This document shows, in pieces, positions 1 through 12,800 of a DNA stretch of 64,000 nucleotides. The stretch comes from Monocercomonoides exilis PA203. Taxonomy: Eukaryota; Protista; Preaxostyla. The DNA lies in the NCBI GenBank assembly GCA_001643675.2, contig LSRY02000024.1, forward strand, positions 1,178,001 through 1,242,000, written 5' to 3'. The notes beneath the pieces were generated by a model. It saw only the letters and a list, made by a program, of their open reading frames with translations. It had not been told where the DNA came from and did no database searches. Both the position numbers and the translations under genes were made by a program. Within the stretch, counting starts at the first letter, position 1. Every line of letters begins with the position of its first letter.

Positions 1-350
1 TACCAATAACCAACTGTATTTCGACCAACTCCAGTGAAAAACGAGCATTGATCAATTCGAATTTTTAGCCAGAAGTGCAAAAGAATAAGAAAAATTGAGT
101 AGATTTTGATATGACTTCCATAAAAAGATGTCTCCTTCAAATATGAAATGAATTTGTTACATGCTGAACATCTTTATGATCGATTTGTTTCATCAACTGT
201 AGTTTGTTTCATATATCTTCTACAAGATGTGCATTTTTTCGTTTCATTAAAGTTGATAATATGAATGAACCACTCCCAACTCTTTTCTAAATCTTGAAAT
301 AGCTTGTTATAATAAGCAACATCTGATTTCTTATCAGGAACAAGAGACAT
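1..350 (-). pseudogene. Merlin/ISXO2-like transposase N-terminus (zinc ribbon + HTH) with an in-frame stop
   Basis: Manual translation from ATG at 350: MSLVPDKKSDVAYYNKLFQDLEKSWEWFIHIINFNETKKCTSCRRYMKQTTVDETNRS*RCSACNKFISYLKETSFYGSHIKIYSIFLILLHFWLKIRIDQCSFFTGVGRNTVGYW. It shows CxxC...RCxxC, then T-x-F-x-x-S, then W...GVxRxTVxxW, the IS1595/Merlin N-terminal pattern. TAA at 174-176 (codon 59) interrupts it. Not in the ORF track. Confidence 0.75.
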
Positions 351-574
351 GAGCGAAAAAATAATTAATAAGCATTCGATTATTTTTGTTAAAAATACTC
401 ATATTAACAAATTTTCCATTATTTGTGTTCAAACAAATAATTTTAATTATGGAATTTTTGATCTTTTCAAAAAAATTTTCATTTTTGATATAAGATTTTC
501 CGCTGCTAATTTGAATTGATAATTGCTTGTTATAATATTTTTTATTGTTTTGAAATAAAATATATAAAATTTTC

Positions 575-599
575 ATGTAACGTCAAGTGTGCACTTGCC
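575..599 (-). repeat. Candidate terminal inverted repeat of the Merlin element
   Basis: Starts with GG on the minus strand and contains the palindrome CAAGTG-TG-CACTTG (584-597). Lies about 250 nt upstream of the transposase ATG. The partner repeat is not in the window. Confidence 0.45.
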
Positions 600-874
600 G
601 TAAATAAATATTTCCAATTTTCTGTTCATGGAAATAAATCAAAAAGTCACTTTTGCAATCACAAACAATAACAAAATTTTACAAAACAATATTGTGACTT
701 TATGACATTCACTTCTGAACTATCTTGAAAACAAATATGAAATTCAATTTATAACAAAACTCACAACAACTGAGCAAAAGATTCATAATATATTCATCTG
801 ATCTAATCTAATCAGTTTTTCTTTTCCTTTTTACGTTTGTACGATTTTACTTCGGATAAAATCATTATTTATAA

Positions 875-3800
875 ATGATATCTGGAATTATAGATCCAGA
901 GATGTTGCAATATTCACAAAACCAATCAATTAAAACTTTTAGAAGTGAAAGAGATGAAGAAAATGAGTGCACTACACCTAAAAATAGCAAAAATAAAGCA
1001 TCAAAAACTATGCAAAACGTTTCCAATTTTATTAATGAAGCTTCTCTTGAGGTTTGTTTTCATATTCGTGGAAAGAAATTATTTTCAAAACTATAAATTG
1101 ATTTAGTCTTTTTTTGGATTTGTGAAACGAATTTTACAATCAGAATCCGTTTTAATTGATGAAACAATTCAGCATCTTGATGAAACGTCATTTATAATAT
1201 CATCTCTAACTGCAAAAGCATTCACCAATCGAAGTGCTTTTTTACCAATTCACAACTATTTAACTTCTGTAACTTGTGTATTACTTCAAATTCTCATAAA
1301 ACAGTTACAGAACGAAAGTGACATTAAAGGAAATATTTCTGAACTGTTATTACACAACTTTTCATTTGTGGATCGTCTTATAAATTATTTCGTGATACTT
1401 TTAACTGGATGCGTTCCAAACGATACAGAGCCAAAATCATTTCAAGGAATATCTTTTCTTAAATGTGAATTTTCTACTAAAGATTTGCCAGCTGCGACTA
1501 ACGTCGCACAAAATATTTGGATGTGTCTTTCATTACTCCTTTTTTGTCACATTGCTGTAAATTCTTCAAGTGATGGTCACAGAGCTTCTCAAGCTGCAGG
1601 AGTTACTTATTTGCCATGCAATTCTCCCTCTATGAATATGATTTGTCCTTCTATCAACAATAAAGTGATTTTTTCTGATATAACAAAACTGCGCTTGATT
1701 GAAGATATACCAAACTTTCCAAGTGAATTCCTGAATGAAAGATCGAAAAAAGATTCGAGCTTATCTGGAACAGAAACGGAAGGAAAAAGCAAAGAAAAGA
1801 AAGAAAACAACGAAGACTCGATTAAATATATAGATTTTGAAAGATTTTCATTGAAAGAATTAATAAATACTGTGCTTCATGAAGCAGATCATCCATCAAC
1901 AACACTTCAGAAAGATGCTTCAAGTTCAAAGGCAGCAGAAGAAACTGCGGTGGAAGCGAAAACGAAGGTTAATACAGACAACTCTAAACAACTAGGCTCT
2001 GCTAAAAATGTGCTGTACAGCATTCACAGAAGAGCTGTGATGTCTCTTTTGAAGTCCACCGTCGCATCAGACGCAGCTCAGCTGCTTTCGCCGCCTTCTG
2101 CAGCGACACAGGATTCAACGAGCGCGAAACCCACACATTTAGATCTTCTTTTGGAGTATTGCAAGCTTCCTCTCCACAACCTGTACAACACACTCCTTTG
2201 CCTTCAAAAAGAACATACAGAGCAATCTGCTGGGCTTTCATCGTTATTGTCTCCATCTTTTGTAGCAGCCTCAGAAATAGCGTCAAAATTCATGTTCGAT
2301 TTTTCTGCAAGTTTTGAAGCCAAACAGAAGAACGAGGCTGAGAAAGCAGTGGAAGAGAATGCGAAAGAGACAGGCGATGAAACTGAGCCGCCTTTTGACG
2401 AATTGCTGGAGCTTGCTTTGAAAATGAGCAAAGAGGAAGCCGGCGTTATCATTGAGGATAATGAAGACGAAAACGAGAAGAAAGAGAAAAATGAAGAGAA
2501 AGAAGATGAAAAAAAGGAAGAGAAGAAGGAAGAAAAAACAGAGCTATTAAAAACATCTTCATCGTCTTCTCAATCAGAAATTGAACCAAAGACATCATCA
2601 GCAGACCTGTCACCATCTCATCTTCTGTCTCTTTCGCTTTCATTCTCATTGATTCGCCATCTGCCTCTTCTTTGCGTGAGCGCTATGAGATTTTTACTTG
2701 AAGAAGAAGAAGAAGAAGAAGAAGATTCCGGTTGCCGTGATGAAGCAGTAAATGAAGGCAAGCCATGCTTCTATTCAATTGGTCATTCATTGTTCTCTTC
2801 TTTGTCCAATCTTCTGACGTGCACACACAAATTATTCACTAAAGTCTCTCTCATCCTTTCAATGCTCCCATCGCAAATGCAGTTGGCTATTGCCAATGGA
2901 ATAAGCATTGCCAAAAGAGAAGACAAAGAAAATGAAAAGAACAAGAGCGATGATACGACATCTGAATCATCGAATACTAAATCCCCTTCAAACACAATAT
3001 GTTCTCTTCTTGGCAGCCAATTGGGTGCGCTTTCTGCCTTTTTCTTCTCTCTTTTCAGCTGTGCTTCTTCTGTTGTCGATATTCTATGTAATTCTTCTTT
3101 GTCTTTTAGCAGCTGCAATGAGAAAGAAAAATTCAATGACGAAACATCCAAAGAAAAAGAAGGAGAAATCATTGAAGTGAAAAACGATGTGTTGAAGTTG
3201 TTTAGCCTGCTGGAAGAATCCACAAAATTCGTCTTTTTGAATGGCGGAAACGATGAAATGAAAAAAGATACAGCAAGCGAAGCAACAGATGCCCAATCAA
3301 CACATATCTCATCTTATGCTTGCGATAACAATTTTATTCCATTCTCATACAAATCAGCTCTGATGCTAATTTGCACTATGCTTTTGGAACGTTCAGCAAG
3401 AAAGGACAGAAAAGAAGGGTCTTCAAATAAACAAAATGAGATGAACATCAACTTGTTTGAGAAGGAATGCAGCGAATGGAAGGAAAAAGAGACACACAAA
3501 TTGTTCCTTCCTCTTTTGTCGTTTATCTCTTCTTCTGTCCAGTCATCTGCATTGCTCACAAAAACATCAGCAGATCAAGTTTTTGGAGAGCTAACGTCAC
3601 CGTTTCCTCCGTCTGCCTTGATACGCTTTTCAGATTTGGATTTGTATGCTCCTTCGTCTTCCTTGTCTTCATTTATGGATCATCAGACAGACGAAGCAGG
3701 AGAGAAAGGAAAAGAGTTGATTGAGTCGAGTTCAACAGCCTCAAACACTCAGACCGAGCCTGCAGAATCTCAACTACCATCAACAATTCCGAAGGCGCCT

Positions 3801-6800
3801 TCCATTCCAAAAGCACCCCCGCTTTTGTCGCCTTCTTCTTCAACTTCTTCTTCTTCTTCCTCTTCTTCTTCCTTTTCTTCTTCCTTTTCTTCTTCCTCTT
3901 CTTCTTCCTCTTCTTCTTCCTCTTCTTCTTCCTCTTCTTCTTCCTCTTCTTCTTCCTCTTCTTCTTCCTCTTCTTCTTCCTCTTCTTCTTCAACAACATC
4001 ATCTTTTTCTTCATCCAACTTCTTGTCTTCCATTGATCTGTTCTCTCCATCCTATTCATCCTCTTCCATTGTTACTCCGCTTCATCATTCATCGCCTTCT
4101 TCTTCCTCCTCCTCCTCTTCTTCTTCAGACTCTGACGAAGGAGAAATGTCTCTTGGCGATTTGTTTGACCTGTCGCCTTCATTGAACAAGCTAATGTCTT
4201 CTTCAGGTTCATCAGCATCTTCTTCTTCGTCATCTTCCTCACAATCAAAGCAGAATACATCAACGTCTTCTGCTTCTTCTTCTGCAACTTCAGCAGAAGA
4301 GAAAAAAAAGAAACAGGAAGCGGATTGTTTGAATGAAAGAAGCAAGTATTTGAAGCCAAACGCATATAGACACTATTTGCAGGTTAAAGATATTCTGAAG
4401 AAGGCACTTTCAGATGAAGACAAAGCGAATGAGTATTCTTCTCCTTCTGTTTTGGCTGCTTTTTGCTCTCTTTCTCCATTTGCTGCTGCTATTCGGCCTC
4501 TTCAAGCACTCCATTTGGAATCAGAACAAACAAATACATCTGATGCGGTATTTTCACCCGTTTCTTTTCTTGTGTTAGCACTTGAGTTTCTGAAGAAGTG
4601 TGTTGCTGGTTCATTTTCTGATGAAGAAAGCGATGAAGAAGAAACAGAAACATTGCAAAAAGAGACAAACGAAAGCCAAACAGAAACAGAAAAAGGAGAA
4701 GAAAAAGAGCATAAAAGCGAGAAAGAAGAAGAAAGCAATCAAAATACATGTTCTTCACTTCCTTGCTTTATTGAGTCTAATTTGAGCAACTTTTGGCTGA
4801 CTGGATTTGATTTCTCTTTCGATGCAGACGAAATGGCATTGACAAACGAGCAACCTGAAACTATTTCTGTTTCATCTTCGTCTTCTTCAGAAGATGCAAG
4901 CGAAACATCAATTCTGAAGAAGGCTGTTTATTCTGCCATTCTGAAGAAAGAACAGAAAAGAACCAGAAAAGCAAGTGATGCGAGAGGAAATCTGATTTCA
5001 TTTGTGATGAACAAAGTGTCTTCTCATTCTTCTCCCACTGAAAATGACTTGAAGCTGTTGAAGCAATTAGTGAGCACCAAAGAGAGTGAAGGAGAAGAAG
5101 GGCAGATGGAAGAGAAGTCTGAGAAAGATGGTGATGTGTTGTGCACAAATGAAGATATCACAAAGAATGAATCGTCTTCGCTTCTTCTTCGCAATCGGAG
5201 TGCTAAGCACACTGAAATTGTTGTCTCTCTGATCCAATTCATTGAGAAATACAACAATTGCGATGGAGTTAAGGAGAAACAAAGTGAGATAAAAGATGAT
5301 TCAGATGCAAAAACTGAAAGCGAAGATAAGAAGAGTGAACCAGAAGAATTGAGGATTGAACAACTTTTTGGAAGTCGGCTCATTTCCTTTGTGACATCTC
5401 TTTTGCATCACATTTCTTCATCAAAATCAGTTGTGTCTCAGTTTGTGTTGGGTGCCATTGAAGCTTCTGAAAGCAGAATGGAGCAGAAGAAGAAAGAATC
5501 AAGCAATGATTCTGTTATTTCTGCTTCATCTGCTTCTTCTCTTCTCCGAAAGTCCATTGACTGTCTCAATTCCTCATTCAACAAAGTGTCCCCTCATACG
5601 CTTTCTCTTGTCTGCGGTGTGCTTTTGCTGTCAATTTCTGTGCATACAACGAATTCTTCATTGAACAAGTGCCAAATGCAGAAGGATTCTGTTGGAGAGA
5701 AAAGCGAAGATGATCAAACTGACTCTTTTGTGGAAGCATCATTCAATTTGATTTGGTGCATCGCATCCAAAATGTTCCTTTCTCATCCAACTTCTCCTGT
5801 TTCGAGTGAAGATTTGAACTTAATTTCAATTTCTGAAGTTGGAAACAAACATTCTGCTTTTGTTCTTGTTTGTGGGTTGTGTGCGTTCTCAGCCATACGA
5901 AACAAGAAGGTGGCATTAAAGTTTTTGAAGAAAATTGTATCTTCAACTTTGACCTCAATGAATTCTCTGAAGGAGTTGTGCGTTGGAGAAAAAGAGGCAG
6001 AAAAAGAAAACTCGGAAGAAGAGAAAGAGAAAGAATCGAAAAATGCTCAGAAGAAAAAGTTGATTGAGGCAAAGATGATTGAAAATTCTAATTTGATGTT
6101 CATTTTAATGCATCTTCTTTCAAGTTTGGTTGGCGTTGACTACATTCCAAACCAACACACAGAAGCGAATGTACTTTCTTCGTCTTCTTCTGCCTCTTCA
6201 GATTCAACTGGCATTCAATGTTCATCCATTGATGCTTCAGAGAATTGCGCATCTGCTTCCTTAAAGCAATCTCTCCCGCTCCATCTGTATCTGATGCTCT
6301 CTTCATTCCCCTTCTTTTCTTTCTTTGAACACAAAGTGTCTGACTCACATACGCTTCCTCTTCCTCCTCTGCTTGATATTCCTTCTCTCATCAGACACCC
6401 ACATATTTCATCGCTTGTCTCTATTTTGTCTCCTCTTCTTTCGGAAACTGCCTCAACTGTCTTTGCTCCACAAACAGCTCTTACTCGCTGGCTTCAGTGT
6501 TCTTCTCCATCTTCTTTTGCGTGCACTGAAAGTTCTCTCCGCTTCTTCCACACACTCAATAACTGCACCAACATTTCTTCTTCATTTATTCACTTTCTCA
6601 CTCCAATAACTTGGCTGCACCGTCTTTTGTCTTCCCCTCGTCCAAAGGGATATGCTTCTTTGCTGACACCTCCACACCCATCTGAAGGAGCATCTTCGTC
6701 TGAGTCATTCTCTGATGACTGTTTGCTTAGCGGATCTTCTTTTCCTTGGGAGCACTCATCGTGGTGGGATACTTGTTGCAAAGAGAAAAACTGGAGTGAG

Positions 6801-9800
6801 ATTGAATTCGGATTAATACAAATACATTTTTGTTTGATTTCTTCTTCTTCTTTTTCTTCATCATCCAAATCGTCTAAAATTCTTTCTCTCACACCAACCA
6901 TTAGATGGGACAGAGTGTTGAGTGGAATGTGCAAGACGCTCTTGGAATGCTCTTCAACACAACCTTCTTCTTCATCATGTGATATGCCATCATCTTCCTC
7001 CTCTTCTTCATCCGCTTCCTCATCCAATCAATCTTGTGATGAATCGAACTCATCATCATCTCCATTACCATCAAGTGAGGAAAGCAGCTATCATTATTTC
7101 GAGACTGCAGCAGCCAGCCACATTGTGCATCTTATTTTGACAGCTGTTCAGTCTGCCATAAACGAAGAGCAGACAACAAATGCTTTGAAAGAAGCTGCTC
7201 AATCACATTCAACCTCATCTGCATCTGCACATTCACCATCATCTGACCGCCTTTCTCTGAAAAAACAGAGGCAGGACCAAAGAGCGTATTCTTCACAGCA
7301 CGATCAATTTGAGAAGTTTAAGTCAGCTGTTGTGTCATCTCTTCTCTCTTCGTTGAATGTGTTTGACTCAACAACACTGCCTTCTTATTCTTCTTCCTCA
7401 TCGTCTTATCCAACTGGCTTGCTGTCTGTGCTTTCTCAGTCGCTTTCTTCCCTCATTTTGAAATACGAAGCCAAATTGGAACATGATCGTTTGCTTATCT
7501 CAAACATGATGTCATCCACTTCATCACAACAATGCTCAGCTTCTTCTTCTTCTTCTGGCACATGCCCAAAGGCTCTTAACTGCGAATCTCAGACAACTTC
7601 TCTTCCTTCTCCTTTCAATTATTCGATTCCTTCGGAATCTCTTCTTTCGTCGTGTGCAACTTCTCCTGCACTTTCTCTTCCTCTTCATGATCTTCTTCTA
7701 ACTTCATCACTTTTTGGAGTTTATCGTCCTTCGCCTTATTCATTGCAATCTTCTTTTTCTTCTTCTTCTTCTGATGCTTCTTCATATTGCTCATTTTCAA
7801 CATTCATTCAGTCATTTGAATCTTCCTCTCAGTTTTCACCAGAAAAAGACCAATTGAATACTCTCGATGAATTGTGTGCTGTTTCGTCATTGAAACAGTT
7901 CAATCCATCGCTTTTGCATCCTTTTGCTCCATTTACAAGCATTGAAACAACAAATGTTTGTTGTTTGAACAGAAAAGATGGGGAAGAGAAAGAGAATGCA
8001 TTTGAAAGCGTGTTGAATCCCTCTTCTGAGATGAATGAATTTCTGAGGGCACTTCTGATCCATTCCAATGCATCCAACGCCATTTCCACAGACATTCTGT
8101 CAAAACAACACTTTTATGATGATTTTATCAGCAACACAGCATTTGCACAGGAAATGCACTCGAATCAATTGGAAGAGATATCTCAAACGCCTTCTGCCAT
8201 ACAATGCGTCAAATCGTCGCTTCTTTTGTGTTCTTCTTCGATAGTCAATCTTATTCTGTATGTGACACACACACTTTCTCGCTCCTTCACTCTGCTGCAA
8301 CATTACTCGTCCTCTCTCATGCTGATTGCCACTTCTGGTGGCGATACTTCTCCTTTTGCACCACATTCGTCGCCTAACTGCAAAAAGGATCAACAAAATG
8401 AAGGAAATAATCAGAATAAAGAAAAGGAACAAGTTGATCAGACACATAAATCAGCAACATCATCATCAGAATCACCAAAGAAAAATCCAAAAGACAACGG
8501 AAACGATGACAAAAAGGAGAAGAATGCAAAGGAACCGCAAAAAAGCAGTGAACTTAGCAATTCAAACGCAAAGGAGGGTAGATGCAAACCAACAGGATTT
8601 TCACTGCCACATTATTTGCAGTGGAGGCATCAATCATTAATGGAGCAATCTTATCCAGATGCTTTGTCTACCTCTTCTGCTTCGCCGTTTTCTCTTTCAG
8701 CTTCTTCCTCTTCTTTCTCTTTGGAGTCGCAAAGCTCTTCTTCTCCTTCTGCTTCTTCATCTTCTTCGACTGCCTCTTCATTTGTCAGTTCTGATTCACA
8801 GCCAGATTTCACTCTTCCCATTCAGACACGCACAAATGTGCTGTTCTTCCTTCAGCTAGTTGCTCGGCTGGCACGCCATTCAGCTGTGATGTTGAGAACA
8901 GACATGGAAGAAGAATGTGAAGAGGAAGAAAGGCAAGCAAGAGAGCTAAATGAAGATAACAGCAGTGTTCAAATCAATAAAGCAGCAGACGAAAAAGAAG
9001 AAGCGAAATTGAAGCATCATAACTTTGAGCAAAATCTGTTTGCAATATTCTTCTCTACTCCCATCCAGAAGAAGATGACAGGTTTTGGCAGGTTGCAATC
9101 TGTTCAATTATCTCCATCTGTCTCTTTGTCTCCTTCAGCACCCACACCTCCCTGTTCTCCTCCGCCTCGCCCTTCTTCCTCACTCAACGTGTGCTATTCG
9201 ACTCCTCCTCCTTCTCCACCAACAACTGGCTCTTCAGCTGCAGGCTCGCCTTTCTCTTTCTCTCCTCCACTTTCTCCTCCGGTTGAATCAGCTGCTGTTC
9301 TGCAGGTTGGCTCGTTGTGCTTCTTGAGCACTCTCCGAAAGGCGATGGACATGTTCATCAAAAGATACACAAAGAAATCGACTTATTCAGCTTTTATTCG
9401 CAATCACTCATCTTCTGGTCTCCTTTCTTCTTCTTCTTCTTCTGCTGCTGCTGCTTCGAGTGCATTTTTGGACAAAATAAACAAATGCAACGTGGATGGC
9501 TGTGCTAACTCTTATTTCCAGAATTCAACAACAAACAAAGAAAAGACACTCAAACCAAAGCAAAAGAAGGCAAAAGAATCCAAAGAAAAACATGTCTTAG
9601 AAAATTATGTTGTCACAAAGACTTCAAAGGCATCTTCTGATGATAAACAAGAGCAAATTGAACAGATACAGAAAGAAGAAAATCAAACTGATGAGAAAGT
9701 TGGTAAGGAAAAGGAAAAGAGAAAGAAGCATTCGAAGAAGGATGAGCACAAAAGACGGAAAGACAAACACAACGCAGCAAAGGATGAAGGGGCAGATACA

Positions 9801-12800
9801 CCACGTTCATCATTGCTGACTGAGGAAGCAGCTGCTGAGGAAAAGAAGAAAGCAAAAGAACTTGCACTTCCTTTCACTGCGAACCAATTAGCATCGTTTA
9901 TACTTTCTCTTCCGCCGTTGCTCGCAGACAATCCAGCAATATTGGCAGCTAGTTTGGATGTGGTGAAGATCAAAAGAGAAGAAATGGTGATGGAGAAAGA
10001 GAAAGAGAAAGAGAAGAACGAGAAAGAAACAGGAAAAGATAAAGCGGATGAAAAAGAGATCAAAAACACAGAAAACAAGGAAGCAAAAGAAGAAGAAAAG
10101 AAGAAAGAGGGAAAAGAAGATGAGCAAACTTCCGCAATAAAAGACAGATTGTCAGCTGCTTTGCATGAGCTGCAGTTATGCATTATGATTGATGAATATG
10201 AGAAGACAAATAAACCAGGAAATTCTTTGAAGCCTGAGGCTTCGGAGATTTCTTCGGCAAAAGACGAAGAAAGGGGAGAAAAGAAAGAGAAAGAGAAAGA
10301 AGAAGCAGAAGAAAAATCGAAAAGCCCCAAAACAGAAGGAGAGAAAGAGAGTGCACGAAACAAGGCATTATATAATGTGAACAAAAAAATATTTGAACGT
10401 TCCCTGAAATCGCTGCTGTTTTATCCATTTGCTCATAAGCTGATGAAATATGCGTCTAAACTGCATTTGACAGGCAATGTGAAGGAATCAGAATTAACAC
10501 CCTCAGAAATAAGGCAGACTTATGTTCCTATTCTGTCAAGCAACTTATTCCAATCTTTAGACGAAAATTTCCTCAAATTGTCGAATATGTTTTCTTCTTC
10601 TTCTTCTTCTTCTTCTTCCTCCTCCTCCTCCTCTTCTTCTTCCTCTTCTTCTTTGAACCAACTTGACAAAAATGTCTTGTCTTCTCTTCTGACGCCTTGC
10701 CATCCTTTATTGGGCAGACTATCCGAATTCTTCTCTCGAAAGGGTGACTCCTCTTCAGATGAAATGTTCTTTCATTCTTCGCTCTTCTCTCCGAATTCTC
10801 TTCCTCAGCCGCAGAATCAGCAGCAATCTGCAAATGCATCTACAGCAACAACAATAATACCTCCATATCAAGCGTCTTCTTCTTCCTCTTCCTCTTCCTC
10901 TTCCTCTTCTTCCTTCCCGCCAGTCTCTCATCATTCCACATCCTCCATCCAGACAGCACAGCAGCAGCTGCTTCTGAGCAAAGAGGCGCTGGAAGAGCAG
11001 AGCAAGCAGATGGGTGTGACTGTTGAGATGCTGAAGGAGATGATGGGAATCACAGACTCTGGTGCAGCACCTGCAGATGTTGAAGCTGAAGGAAGTGGAA
11101 GCAGAATAAGAAGTGGAAGAGGAAACGAAGATGAAAGCAGAGGCAAAAGTGAAAGTGAAAGAGAAAGTGAAGGTGCAGCTAGCGATGAAGGCAGATCTGG
11201 CAGCGGAGAAGAAGATGCAGAAGACTTCATTCGCAGTCAGATTCCGTTTTTGCTTGGGTTTTCTTCTTCACATGATTCAAACTTCGATGCTCTTGCGCCA
11301 AAACAAACACAAGCTTCGTCTTCAGCTGATTTTTCCTCTTCTTCTTCCTCTTCTCCTTCATCAACAGCCAATTCTGCTTCATCTCCTACTTCTCCTTCTT
11401 CTATTCCTTACCCTCCTTCTCCTTCCCTTTCTTCCCTTCCTTCTCTTCATTCTCTTCCATCGTCTTCGCCTCTGTCAGATTCAGCCTTCTTCAAAGAACT
11501 CATAAGCACCAATGGAGATGATGAAGGTATGTCCAAACTGAGACAAAAATTCAAAGAAATCTTTATGAAGCGTCTCAACGAAAAGAACTATGGTGGCCAT
11601 GAAGAAAAAGATAGTCCATCGCAAGTTTCAGAAACAACATCTGATCAAAATGCAAGTTCATCATCATCATCATCATCGTCTCCTTCTTCTTCCTCTTCAT
11701 CATCTTCGAATATTTCTGAGATTTTGCCTGATGAGCGTGAGCCTTCGTTGATGCACATTCCACTGCGCCCGCGACTCAGCCGTCTTCCTTTTAGCTCGCT
11801 GCAGGTTCATATGAACAACCAATCAGAAGGAAAGAACCAGGACGAAGAGAAATCAGAGGGAAAAGAAGGGAATGCATCGTCTAATACAAAGGAAGAACGA
11901 AAAGAAAGAGATGAAGATGAAGAAGATTATGAAGAAGAGGAAAATGACGATGACGAAGAAGAAGAGCGTGATGAAGAGAACTGGGACATGTCATCGCAGA
12001 TATCGTCTGCACTCTCCAACTACTTTGGGGAGTATGCTGCTGTGCAGAACAGCCACAGCCAGAGCGAGTTTGAGGAAGAAGAAGATGAGGAAGAAGGGGA
12101 CTTCATTGAAGGAGCCGAAGAAGGAGGAGGAGAGGAAATGGAAGAAGGAGAAGAATCTGAGCTTGATGACGACATGCTGATTGATTCAGACTTTCTCCTT
12201 TTGGATGCGAAGAAGCTGGCAGATCGCAAAGAGATGGAAGATATTCTCGAACAACAACTTGAATTGGTTGGCAGTGGAGATATTGTGTTTGGTGATTTGA
12301 GTAGCATCGCTGCAAGTGAGGAGAGCGGAGGTGAAAGCAGTCAAAACAATACAGCAGTACACAAAATAGAGATTGAGCAGAATGAAAAATATGCTCAAAA
12401 AATGCTGGATGTTATAAAGAGCTTAAGAGACGATGCAGCTGCCAAAATTAAAAGGAGCAAAGAAGGTGAATCTGGAAACAGACAAGAAGACGCACAAAAG
12501 GATGCTTCTGTCACAGACACACCACAAAATTCTAATGAGGAGATAATAAAACAGCAAGCCATAGATGTATTTGTGAATTCACTGAACGATGTTCCTTCAG
12601 AAAGGACAAGCGCAGAAGAGAAGCCAAGCAAAATTGAAGATGAGAAAACAATCAGAGAAGATGAAGACAAGCAATCTCCACTGAATTTACTGACTGCACC
12701 TCATCCTCCTCAAGCTGAACACATGATTGTTTCAGCTAGGCTGTCTGAACTTGCAGATGAGCTAATGGGAACGAACCATTCCAGCGAAAGCAAAGTCCCT

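Larger units (their letters stand above)
1..599 (-). mobile_element. Merlin / IS1595 (ISXO2-like) DNA transposon, one end; runs off the left edge of the window
   Basis: Contains a transposase-like N-terminus (1-350). The candidate terminus read on the minus strand from 599 is GGCAAGTGCACACTTGACGTT, a locally GC-richer sequence starting with GG, as Merlin/IS1595 TIRs typically do. The other end is outside the window. Confidence 0.6.

Noticed and set aside
334-576. 80-aa minus-strand ORF, and similar AT-rich ORFs at 42787, 43283, 47772 and 49058
   Set aside because: F/I/K/N-rich translations typical of non-coding AT-rich DNA.
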